A stretch of 64,000 nucleotides of DNA, taken from assembly GCA_951406725.2 (NCBI GenBank), contig OX597817.1:56544001-56608000 (forward strand). The letters are read 5' to 3'. Under the pieces are notes generated by a model, which ran no database searches, was not told the origin of the DNA, and saw only the letters and a program-made list of their open reading frames with translations. The DNA is from Octopus vulgaris. Its lineage: Eukaryota. Numbering within the stretch: the first letter of the stretch is position 1; each line of letters begins with the position of its first letter. This document shows, one piece after another, positions 20,203 through 33,307 of the stretch. A program made the translations under genes and the position numbers.

Positions 20203-20750
20203 TCAGGTCACTTTCGAGTGCTACTGGTAGCATGTAACCCAGTACTACCTGTTGCATGGTCGAGTCGTCGGCGTCTAAACCGGCAACCCCAGCAAGCTTG
20301 CTTGGTGAGGAGGGTGTTTATTGGACACCCTGCGGGATGAAAAACAAAACCCGTCAAAGGGCGGAGGAACTCTTGAGAGTCAACCGCCATCCAATAAATG
20401 TCTTAAAGCTGTATCATGCGCGGGGACATAGAAATAATCGAATTGAATGCCCGATCGCGCAGTTAAAACATTGGGAGTGAAGGACTCCTAGCCTTTGTCA
20501 GGGCATCCTTCTAGGGGAAGGCAACTCAGGTAACTGGGATAACTCCGACATAAAACCTGCGGCTCACTGGTTACCGATGATGTGGACTTGTTCTTTTCGG
20601 ATAATGCTGCTGTTGCTTAGTGAGTGGGGTTGACTCTGTGCACAGCTTTTCCTCACTTAAAAAAATATCTTCTTGCACAGGCATTGCACGATAACAACAT
20701 TGATTAAGCTTCGTGCAATGGCCATACTCGATAACGAGGGGGCAGCTACC
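20203..20750 (+). mobile_element. Probable 5'-UTR-like fragment of a non-LTR retrotransposon between (TATG)n tracts
   Basis: A GC-richer unique block; gggcatccttctaggggaaggcaactc resembles my memory of RTE-type 5' UTR motifs. No ORF support. Confidence 0.35.
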
Positions 20751-20827
20751 ATGTATGTATGTATATATGTATGTATGTGTGTATGTATGGATGGATGGAT
20801 GGATGGATGGATGGATGGATGGATGGA

Positions 20828-21083
20828 TGTCGGAATGTTTGTGCAGATTTATATGTTTTGCTTTATGTATGTATTCTCATACATATAGTTGCATATCTAG
20901 ACATGCTCATATATCTTTATATGGCAAACTGCTGGAAAGTTCTACAGATTTTTACAGTTCCAGTGATAGATTGGATGTGTACCTTCGAATCAGCTTTCCC
21001 CTTTCTGGTTTTGAGATGCCTAATTTCTCAAGATTGGTATTTAGGCAGTATGTTACATATCCCAGACCCCCAATAATTCAAGG

Positions 21084-21085
<2 letters not shown>
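20828..21085 (-). mobile_element. Short 3'-end copy of the R4/Dong-like LINE
   Basis: The reverse complement matches ~16650-16890; flanked by (GGAT)n and (TATG)n. Confidence 0.85.
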
Positions 21086-21115
<30 letters not shown>

Positions 21116-21129
21116 TGTATGTATGTATG

Positions 21130-21160
<31 letters not shown>

Positions 21161-21581
21161 GGTAATAGATTCTCTCGTCGCTTCCACGAATGAGGAGTCA
21201 GACAGTCGGCTACGTCAATGAAAAACGACCATCAGCTGACGTCGTCCCGTGTGCTGGGTCACATCTGAAAACTTCCAGTAACATCCTCTACCTGTCGCCG
21301 CTTTCCCTAAAGCCACTGGAGTTATGAAGAAGGCCTGAATGGTGTTTGATGCTTTGATGCTAGAGTCTAGCTCTGCTAAACTAGCTTCATAGTGAAAATA
21401 ATTAAAGAGAGCGTGCTTCGCAGTGTAAGCCCTGTACTCTCTTCCTTCAAACTTGGATTGCTCCGGCGCCACAAGTAGCACGAGAACAGTAATTATGAAG
21501 ATGCCGCATTCATTTGGAGTTATCTGCTCTTCTATGAATTGTTGAAGTAATGGCAGTAAACAAATTAGCGATCTTTTGACG

Positions 21582-21647
21582 ACTTCATTACCATCATTTC
21601 TATGAACTTCCTAAATTCTTTTGCAAAACCATCTCGTCAGATAAAGT
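21582..21647 (-). ncRNA. Type-I hammerhead motif
   Basis: Minus strand: ACTTTAT-CTGACGA-[imperfect stem II]-GAAA-tgatgg-TA-ATGAAGT. Stem I is 7 bp with one G-U pair; the stem III palindrome is eroded. Confidence 0.6.
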
Positions 21648-21688
21648 ATGCCATGCCTTATACCACATAGTAAATTATACACACACAA

Positions 21689-21749
<61 letters not shown>

Positions 21750-21757
21750 CATATGCT

Positions 21758-21816
<59 letters not shown>

Positions 21817-22017
21817 AAATAAGAAAATGGAGAAATACACCTTAATCAATAATCAACTACCAGATAATACCCAATCAAATAATTCATTAAACCACTACAT
21901 ATGAACATTAAGGTCAAACATAATAATATAGAACAAAACAATGTACATCAATGAGTAATATGATACAATAAGTACAGTATGTATAAGTGAATATAAATAA
22001 ATACAAATATAAACTAC

Positions 22018-22144
22018 ATCTTACAGCTGTTTCAGCCATGCGGATATGGGTATCTCATTATGCTCATATTAGCCATGTGTGATAAGTTAATATGTGGTTA
22101 TAAATGAGACACTTACAAAAATATCCCAAGGCCTCTTCAGAGAT
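22018..22144 (-). ncRNA. Type-I hammerhead ribozyme with a ~100-nt stem II
   Basis: Minus strand: ATCT-CTGAAGA-GGCC...GGCT-GAAA-CAGCTG-TA-AGAT, with internal pairings ggatat/atatcc and gtctcatt/aatgagat. Confidence 0.8.
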
Positions 22145-22294
22145 TATGAAGTACAAACTAAATTAAATATGAATATCAGAGGAGGTACACCCATACAAGA
22201 GTGGGTACATACCCATAATATATAATATACACATACATATGAGTGCATATGCCCATACTCCTATATATATATATATACATATACATACTACTCC

Positions 22295-23080
22295 CTCCAC
22301 AACACTAGTTTCAAAAAGTCTTCATGTGAACGTGACCTGGGTGTTATTGTCGACAGTGATTTGCGTTGGACAAAACACATCGCTAAAATTGTCAAGAAGG
22401 CTGAGGGTATCTTGGCATCACTCACCAAATCCTTTGTGAGCCGCTCTCCGACTATCTATCTGCGGCTTTACATAGCTATGGTAAGACCTCACCTGGAATT
22501 TGCATCACCGGTCTGGAACCCCTATCTTGCCCAGGATATCAATCGTCTGGAAGTCGTTCAGCGACGTGCAACCAAAAGAATACCTTCCATCAGGCATTTG
22601 CCATATTCTGAACGCCTTACTTCCCTGGGCCTGGACACATTGAAACTCCGACGTCTGGCAGCTGACTTGGCAGACACCCATAAAATTATCAACCATCATA
22701 CAAACAATAACCCATGAGCACCTTTTCAAACTCCACCCATCTAACACCCGTGGACATATTTACAAAGTCAGAAAACAGCACAGCTCCCATGACTTTAGGA
22801 AACATTTTTCACGCTGAGAGTTGCTGAAGCATGGAACAAACTGCCGGCATCAGTTGTTAGTTGTCGGAGCACTGCATCCTTCAAAACTTCCATACTTTCT
22901 GAGATTCACCAACACTACACCTGATTTTCTCCCCTCCATACACACACAAGCATGTATCTGACTCATGCATTGTTCGCTTTCCAGACATTTGTACATTACT
23001 GCATGTGCTTTATATGCACTGTCTGACAAGTTGTGGTGCACCTGAGCACTGTATACAATAATTTCATTATTATAATAATA
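22295..23080 (+). mobile_element. CR1-like LINE 3' end (RT C-terminus and 3' UTR)
   Basis: ERDLGVIVDSDLRW..., MVRPHLEFASPVWNPY, LEVVQRRATK, YSERLTSLGLDTLKLRRL, then TRGH and RVAEAWNKLP after frameshifts; ends in an (ATT)-like tail. Confidence 0.92.
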
Positions 23081-24029
23081 TACAGCAATATACATACATA
23101 TGTTCTATATTCAAGGTTACAGTTGGTCAAAACAATATATTAGAATATTACAATATACAAACATACATATATCTATATTCAAATGCAGATTTACAAAGTC
23201 AAGAGTTCATTATATTAAGTCACAAAATGCCATTAATATTACCATCATTACTATTACCATTGCCATTATTGCTGCTAATATCATTATTATTATTATTATT
23301 ATTAATAACATTAATACCAGCAAGACAATATATGCATCACGCGGTTAGCAACATAATAGTAAAAATAACAACAACAATAATACAGTACTATGCAAAGCAT
23401 TATAGATCGGCAAATACATATAAAATGAAAAATGAAAACATTAATTTACATCATAGCAAATTTCACAGGTGCACAAGCGTATACACGGGTGCCAGCCATC
23501 ATTTTGGCTGTGATATGTGTAAAGTATTAAGTTCAGAGATAGTTAAAGATCGAACGCCCAATACGATTGGCCGGCACATTTGAATTTCAATTGTCTTCGT
23601 TACGGTTGGTTTGTTAAGAAATACTTACATATGTACACACGTATATGTGCGCTTACACATATATACATGGATAAATCACAATACAGGAAATACAAGCTTA
23701 CATACACACATATATGTTTGCATACATAACTACTCACATATATCCATAAATATATATACATGCATGCAAACAGACACCCATACCCAGTCGAAGTACGTTA
23801 TTAGCATAAGATACATAATTAAAAATTACACCGCATATTTCGTAAACATTTATCGTGCTATTAAACCTTCCAGATAACCACAATTTCGACTGTGTTCCCA
23901 CTCAAACCTTCACTAATAAACAAGCATAGGCATGGGAAAACTGCACCAACATACATATACACACACACACCCGCACACAGCCATATACATATATACATTC
24001 GCATGCACTGCATCCGCAAACATTTGCAT

Positions 24030-24097
<68 letters not shown>

Positions 24098-24157
24098 TCA
24101 CACTTAGATCGGTAGCCACTACACACATTTTTTCTCTCCTTGTTTCTTTCTGTGTTC

Positions 24158-24193
24158 CTTTCTGTGGAAGAGCGTAGGCTCGAAACGTAAAAG
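24158..24193 (+). ncRNA. Minimal hammerhead motif with variant core CUGUGGA
   Basis: CTTT-ctgtgga-a-GAGC-gtag-GCTC-GAAA-CG-TA-AAAG. Confidence 0.65.
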
Positions 24194-24622
24194 ACTTTTT
24201 CGATTCCCGAGCGTTATACTAATGGATATGTTTGTTTTCTACACAACCTGTCTCCGTCTTTTGTTGTTTTTTTTTTCGTGAACTCTCCCTTTGTTTTTGA
24301 CCTGCGATTGGACCCAAAACACCACTCCTTAATTCTTACTACTGGCCTGCTAGCCAGTTGTTCGCCATACACACACACACACACGTGTCATCATTGCACA
24401 CACACACACACGCGCACACGCTGACCTCCCCGCACGCAATACACCCACACACATTCCCCCTCTCACTTTCTTTACCATACTGTCTTTGATATAACTCTCC
24501 TGTCTTTAAAAGACATTATTCTTCTACTTTTACTACTTCCGTCTTTCAGTATGTGACCTCGTCTGTACCACTAGCGATTTTTTTCCCCTGTCTTCCCTTC
24601 TCGGGATCTTTCCTTCTCCTAT

Positions 24623-24657
24623 GTTTCCGACGAAGAGCTCCGCTAGAAACGTCAAAC
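24623..24657 (+). ncRNA. Minimal hammerhead motif with a GUC site
   Basis: GTTT-ccgacga-a-gagctccgcta-GAAA-CG-TC-AAAC; U4>C in the core and one stem II mismatch. Confidence 0.65.
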
Positions 24658-24758
24658 CCTCCTTCTTCCCTTCTTTCCTGAGCGTCCAATAATACTTTAT
24701 TTGTTCCACGTCTTTGCGTTGTTGTGATTTTTGTTTTTGTTTTCTTGTTTGGATTAAC

Positions 24759-24791
<33 letters not shown>

Positions 24792-24819
24792 GTAATGTGC
24801 ATGTATGTATATGTTTATT

Positions 24820-25008
24820 TATACAATTGTAAATAAAGGCAAAAGAAAATTTTTTCTATGCCAATATGCTGAGAAATAGACTTTTAAATCGTCGGTCACC
24901 ACATACAACAGTGATGTATATTGTATGTGGTGACTGACGATTTAAAAGTCTATTTCTCAGCATATTGGCATAGAAATGTTTTTATTTTGCCCTTTTTATA
25001 ATTGTATA
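24820..25008. repeat. Fold-back inverted repeat (~88-bp arms, ~12-nt loop)
   Basis: tttctatgccaatatgctgagaaatagacttttaaatcgtcggtcaccacatacaa is followed by its reverse complement. The right arm and its extension resemble 32545-32680. Confidence 0.92.
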
Positions 25009-25159
25009 TAATTTTGACCTTTAGAGGTATTTTAATATGCTGGCCACTTGATGAAATATTTGAAAAAAATTTATTGTATATTAGAATGTTTATATATACA
25101 TATATTAATGAAAAAATATATATATATCATACATTATATTATATTATATTATATTATAT

Positions 25160-25700
<541 letters not shown>

Positions 25701-25906
25701 CAAAAATGGATACGCATGACTGCATAAATGTGTTTTTGGTGCAACTGTGCAAGCCTTTGAGTTGTTTGCGAAGATTTAAAAGAGACAAAGAAGGACGAGG
25801 GAATAAAGAGAGCAAGAAAGTACAGACTGTGAGGGGGAGACAAAGAGATACAGAGGTAGATAGATAGATAGATAGATAGATAGGTAGGTAGATAGGTAGA
25901 TAGATA

Positions 25907-26424
25907 TGTTTCTTTATTAGCCACACAGGGCTGCACACAGATAGAACAAATTACAAGGTAGAGCTTTTCTTTTGAAGGTTTAAAAAAAAAAAAAAAGGAA
26001 GGGGGAGTTTCGATCAAAAGGGATCGTAAAAGGAGAGAAAGAGGACAAAAAAAGGGGGGTTAAAAAAAAGGGGGAGAGGAAAAAAAAAATTTGATCAATA
26101 GGGATCGTTATCACAGAAATGTCAATATGAAGTGTAAAGGGGAGGACAGGTGAGGTTTACCGTGGAAAGAAAAGCCTACGGAAAAGACCACGGTAACCTC
26201 GGTCAATTGAGTCACATGTTATATTTCTTTTTTTTTTCTTTTTTTGCAAATAAGCAACTCTCTGTTTTCAATTTCTGGGTTCATAGGATCATGCTCAATG
26301 TGGCTTCGTCATTCATACGTGCCATTCTTGCTACATTCACCCATCTTTTTTTAAAACATTCGCTAGACAAAACTTGCCTCTCTACTCTCACTTTCCTTTT
26401 CAAGTGGTACTTGAAGAAGTTGAT

Positions 26425-26426
<2 letters not shown>
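25907..26426 (-). mobile_element. Short 3'-end copy of the Tx1-like LINE inside (GATA)n
   Basis: Homologous to 26508-27060 (INFFKYHLKRKVRVERQVLSSECFKKRWVNVARMARMNDEATLS); AATAAA lies at the 3' end. Confidence 0.92.
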
Positions 26427-26507
<81 letters not shown>

Positions 26508-26509
<2 letters not shown>

Positions 26510-29500
26510 GTTTCTTTATTGGCCACACAGGGCTGCACACAGATGGGACAAATTACAAGGTAGAGATTTTCTTTTGTGGGATGAAAGAAAACAAAAAAAA
26601 AACAAAAAAACAGGAGAAACGAAAAAATGTGGCGTAGGTTTTCGATCAAAAGGGATCGTAAAAGGGGGAAAAGGAAAAAAAAAGAAAAGAAAAATAGAGG
26701 AAGAAAAAAGAGGAAAAAAGGGGGAGAGGAAAAAAACGATCAATAGGGATCGTGTATCACAGTGTCATGATGTATGATGTAAAGGGGAAAGCAAGTAAGG
26801 TTTATCCGTGGGAAGAAAATCCTACGAAAAAGACCACGGTAACCTTGGTCAGTATTGTTATATATTACCACATTTGTTTGCAAGTGGGTAACCCTCTGTT
26901 TTCAATTTCTGGGTTCATAGGATTATGCTCAAGGTGGCTTCGTCATTCATACGTGCCATCCTTGCTACATTCACCCATCTTTTTTTAAAACATTCGCTAG
27001 ACAAAACTTGCCTCTCTACTCTCACTTTCCTTTTCAAGTGGTACTTGAAGAAGTTGATGAGAGATTGACCAGAGAGGAAAGTGTTTGTCTCCAATCCTTT
27101 CAGACGCGTCCACCAGATACATTTCTTCGCCATAGCCACAAGGATGATGAAAATAGCTCTTCCTTCCCGTTTGAAGGAAGGAGGCGTGACAATATTGACG
27201 ATAGACTCAGCTGATAAACCGACTCGTCCCACACGTGACAGCAGTTGTTCGAAATAAGCCCAAAGGTCGTTAATTGTTGGACACTGCACGAGGCGTGCAG
27301 AACGGTTTCGTCGCTCTGACCGCATCTCGGGCAGGTCGGCCCCGTGTTTCTCGAGCCGTGTCTGTAGAGCTTATCCCGAATGGGTAGCGCTTCTCGGTAG
27401 CACTGCCAGGCCAGGGATCTCTGGAAGTTGTCCATGGGCCCTGGACCGAAAGTCGTCCAGAACAGGTGGATCAGGTATTCCTCGTCGACGTCCAGGTTCG
27501 CCCCGAGCTCGTCGTCGTACCTCCCCTCCATTAATCCCCTATAGAATGCTTTGGTTGTGATGCAGTCATTCATGGTCGACCCAGGACGACAGAGTTGCTT
27601 GAGAGCAACGCGACACTCGAGGTGCCATACGCTCTTCCTCGGCCTCTTTTTTATCCACGACTGCAGTTCGGTCATGGAGACGAGCTGCGGGAAAGCGTGC
27701 CTCACAAACGGTGACCACACCTGTTCACCGTCGTCTACGAAGAGCCTGAGATGTCGCAGTCTCAGCGCGTGTCTGCGCATCATCAACCACGGCATGCCCA
27801 GTCCTCCTTTTAACGGGTGTTGACAGCAAATGGATCGCCTGACCATCGGGATGCATCCTTTCCACAAGAAGCGAAAGAGAATGCGTTCTAGTTTGGTGAT
27901 GGTAGGGTCGGGACAAGGTAAGACGGTCAGGCGGTAGTAGATGACGGACGCGATGTACGTGTTCACCACCTCCGCTCGACCTTTTAGGGACAGTTTCCTC
28001 TCGGCCCATTGCCGGGCGAGAGTGACCACCCTACTCGTTATCTCGTTCCAGTTCTTCTCCACTTGGAGGTCCGGACCGAACCAGATCCCGAGCAACTCGA
28101 CCGGGCCGTCGGTCCAGCGTCCCACGACGGAGGCGCTGGTGTACGGCATGGGCTTGCTTCTCCAGGTGCCTAGTCGCAAACCCACTGACTTTTTCCGTTT
28201 GATTTTCGCTCCTGTCACCGCTTCGTAGTTTTTCAGTGTCTCGCCGACCTGCTCGATGTGCTCATGGCTAGACACTATGACGGTGACGTCGTCCGCGTAT
28301 GCAGACATGCTCGTCCCGCATCCCACTTCTCGCGGGATGCCCCTCAATGTTGCCAGCTTCCGCAATAATGGCTCGAGAGTCAATACGTATAGAAGCGACG
28401 AGAGGGGGCATCCCTGACGGACCGAACGTGCGATGTCGAAAGGTCTCGATAGATGTCCATTTACGCGAATTACCGAACGGATGCCTCTGTACAAAGCGGC
28501 TATCCAGCCGCTGAAGACGGGACCGAAGCCAGCCGCTCTGAGGACTGCCTCCAAGTATCGATGGTCCACCCTATCGAAAGCTTTCGATTGATCCAAATTG
28601 ATAAGCACCCCACCCATGCCAGGTTCGTTAACTACCCTATCTATGATGTAGCGCATCAGGTGGAGGTTGTCATGGATGGTCCGGCCCGGCACGGTGCATG
28701 TTTGCGCCTTGTCGACCAGTTTCTCGATGACAAGCGCCAAAATTTTCAAGTCTGCATTAAGCAGAGTGATTGGCCTAAAGTTATCTATTACATTTCCCTT
28801 GTTTAGATCTTTCTTCAGCAGTATTACGGCTCCTCGGCTCACAAAACCAGGAATGCTCCCGTTTTGTTGCCAGTTGCAGTACACCGCTGCCAAGACATCT
28901 CCAAACCAGTCTTGCATACAATTGTAAAGCTCGTAGGGTAGACCATCCAAACCCGGTGATTTGTCCCTCGAGCATTCTGCCAACTCGTCCTGCACTTCCG
29001 CCGCCGTGATGGCACCTTTGCAGCATCCTGCCTCTCTTGTCGAGAGTCGTGGTAGGCTGTGTAGGTAGGCACTGAAGTCCACCCTACGTTCTTGCCCACC
29101 ACTCGTCCCGAACAGTCGGGAAAAATGCTGTTAAAAGGCCTCACACATTTTACTTGGCTCGATCAATTCGCGCTCCTGCTCATCTACCAGAGACCGAATG
29201 GTGGCTTCGTTGCCCTGTTGCGCCTCTGCCACACGGGCCTCTCTCGCGGCTCCAACACCTTCGTTCCTTAGAGCATGCATCCTAGCTCTGACAGCACACC
29301 CTTCGTGTTTGGCGTTGAAGTGTTGGTCGAAGGCCAACCTTGCCGCCAAAACGTCGGATGCGATGCCGCTTCTAATTGCCTCTTCTAGCTTCTTAACTAG
29401 CTCACCCTCTACTCTATTTCTATCTATGGCTAGTGCTTTGCTGTACCTAATCGCTTCTGCTTTTACTGCTCTCTTGAGGACAAACCACCATTTGTTGTTG

Positions 29501-29784
29501 ATGATGGCTCCCGTCAAAGCCCTCTTTACTAGTGTGCTAATCCGGTCTCTGAAAACCTGTCTCGATGGGAAAGACGCGTTTAGTTTCCAGTATCCGGGAC
29601 CCTGCCTAAGTGTCTTACCTAAGTCTAGCGTACATGTCACAAGTTTGTGATCCGTGTAGCTGACTATGTGGAATTGTGGACATCCTATGCTATCTCTATC
29701 TACTGTCCTACACAGTATCCTATCTAGATACGATCTCGACGACCCGATGCGGTTGCTCCATGTCCACATTGGCGCATTCGGGTG
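26508..29784 (-). mobile_element. 5'-truncated Tx1/L1-clade non-LTR retrotransposon ORF2 (end of APE, RT, Cys-rich C-terminus), pseudogenised
   Basis: ORFs 29131-29769 (SYLDRIL..TDHKLV..GPGYWKLN), 27100-29082 (KSPGLDGLP, NFRPITLLNADLKIL, LDQSKAFDRVDH, RQGCPLS, AYADDV, CPRC..ETVLHA) and 26915-27325. There is an in-frame stop at 29131 and a frameshift near 27290. Both ends abut (GATA)n. Confidence 0.95.
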
Positions 29785-29801
29785 ATAGTTAGGTAGGTAG
29801 G

Positions 29802-29873
<72 letters not shown>

Positions 29874-29884
29874 ATAGATAGATG

Positions 29885-30016
<132 letters not shown>

Positions 30017-30499
30017 CAGATAGATTGCTAGAGAGATAGATAGATATAGTTATGTCAAAGACGAGACTTGAAGAGAGAGGTTGAGTGTGAGTGAGAGGAA
30101 GGGGAGACAAGGTGAAAGGATGGAGAGGAATAGTAAGAGGAAATGTGTATGTGGGCGTGGATGCACAAGTGTGTGCATACTTCGATGCACGCTGCATTAG
30201 AAGTAGCCTGCGTAAGTAGGATGTGCATTTGTTCAATGCATGCATTGCCACCATACACAAATATCGCGGAGAACATGTGACAGAGGACAAATTTACTCTT
30301 ACCTCGCACATAGCTACAGACACGCACTCACACATAAACACACACATATGGCAAGCATACACATATGTCCACATATTGGATGAACATTCACAGGTGCACG
30401 CGTGCACGACGTTACACATACACACACATACACATACATACACACACACATATGCATATGCATATATAGACATATACACACATGTGTGTCGCCTGTGCA

Positions 30500-30562
<63 letters not shown>

Positions 30563-30627
30563 TACACGCATGAGTGCGTGAAGGGAGTGTTGCTTAGCCT
30601 GCTCGGCTTTAAATGATGTATATGTGC

Positions 30628-30686
<59 letters not shown>

Positions 30687-30754
30687 GTATACATACATAT
30701 ATACGCATATATATAATATCAGATAGACCCTTATACATGCATACATATGTGCGT

Positions 30755-30798
<44 letters not shown>

Positions 30799-30870
30799 AC
30801 ATCTATATATTTAAATACATTTGTATACATAATGTGCACATATATATTGAAATATTAATGTATTTGCTTT

Positions 30871-30907
<37 letters not shown>

Positions 30908-31180
30908 TATACACACACACCCACACACGCATATATATATATATACATATCTATATATATATTCATGTATATTTGTGTGTATGTGTGTGTGTGTGTATCT
31001 GGGCGTGTGCGTGTGTGTTTGTATATGTGAGCATGTGTTACAGTTTTTACATGGAAGAGGTAAATACCTGGCGGTTCGGTAAATGTGACCGATAGAATAA
31101 GTATTAGGGTCGCATTGTTCAACTCAAGGCTGTGCTGCAGCATGGTCGCCGTTAGATGAATGAAACAAGTAAAATAATAA

Positions 31181-31221
<41 letters not shown>

Positions 31222-31333
31222 CGGATACATACATATATTCACACACACACTAAGATATATATATATATATATGTATACATTTGACAAAGCAACGATTCAG
31301 TGCATAAGAATATGAAAGAAGTGATGCAAGATG

Positions 31334-31538
<205 letters not shown>

Positions 31539-31723
31539 CCTAGTCTCCAAACGAAGTTAGTTAGCAAGCAGACAATCCGCTACCAAAGAAGTCAGCTAGT
31601 TTGGCGAAGGTGACATCTCAACTAACTTCATTGCCAAACTAAGCTAGCCAGGTAGTCGTAGCCAGCTTAGAGGTACTACACCTCGCGCACCTAACACACA
31701 CACACACTCACATACACAGGCGC

Positions 31724-31790
<67 letters not shown>

Positions 31791-32018
31791 CACATTAATA
31801 TTTATATATAGATACATTCACGCATTAATACTTACGAGCGTACGTACAACCATCCTTTCTGAAATACATTGAGAAACTGTACACACACACACACACAGAA
31901 ATCCATCCGCCTCCACTCACACAGGTAAACACATGTAGTGCATATATATATATATATATATACATATATATATAAATATATATATATATACATACATATA
32001 TGTGGGTGTGAGTGTGTG

Positions 32019-32056
<38 letters not shown>

Positions 32057-32356
32057 TATATGTATATGTGCATACGTACATACACAACATAGTTATTTAT
32101 GTACTTCTTATATACATTCTTTTATTTGTTTCAGTCAATTGACTGCGGCCATGCTGGAGCACCGCGTTTAGTCGAAACAAATCAACCCAAGACTTATTCT
32201 TTTAAAGCCTAATGATTATTCTATCGGTCTATTTTGCCGAACCGCTAAGGTGCGGGGACGAGAACACACCAGCATCGGTTGTCAAGTGAAGGTGGGGAGT
32301 AAACACAGACACACAGATACATATATATATATATACATATATACACATATATATAT

Positions 32357-32444
<88 letters not shown>

Positions 32445-32677
32445 TAGTAATAATGGAATATTTTAGAAATTTTTGTCGACCTTTTTTCGAGTAGCGTGCA
32501 TATTGTGAAAAAATTAAATGGTTAATGGACAATATGTCCAATTTTTCGGCATATTTGGCATTAGAAATTTTTTCGTTTGTCCTTATTTATGAATTATATA
32601 AATTTAACCTTTAAAGGTATTTTTTAATATGCTGGCCATTGATAAAAAATTTTCGAAAAAAAATGTTATCCTACATT

Positions 32678-32804
<127 letters not shown>

Positions 32805-32926
32805 TTGAGGCATGTACAAATACACATGCATGCATATATACATACGTAGATACATGCATATATAGAGAGTTCCATGCATACGTACACATATATATGCATA
32901 CATGTATATACGCGTATATATATGTT

Positions 32927-32957
<31 letters not shown>

Positions 32958-33253
32958 ATATGATACATATATATATATATATATGTACATGAATACATAC
33001 ATGTATATATATATTTTATATATATTTATATATACACACACACACATATTTTTATATATATATATATATATATACATGATATATATATATATATATATAC
33101 GTTTATACATACACACACACATATATATATTTATCTGTTTATATATACATATGTATAAGTATATATATATATATATATGTGTGTGTAGATATATATATAT
33201 ATATATGTGTGTGTGTATGTATTATATGTATATATTATATATATGTAAGTATG

Positions 33254-33307
<54 letters not shown>

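Noticed and set aside
21160-21560. Non-repetitive block with an 88-aa minus-strand ORF
   Set aside because: No recognisable motif; it cannot be assigned without a homology search.
27551-29650. Plus-strand ORFs overlapping the Tx1 element
   Set aside because: They are antisense shadows of the GC-rich LINE ORF2.
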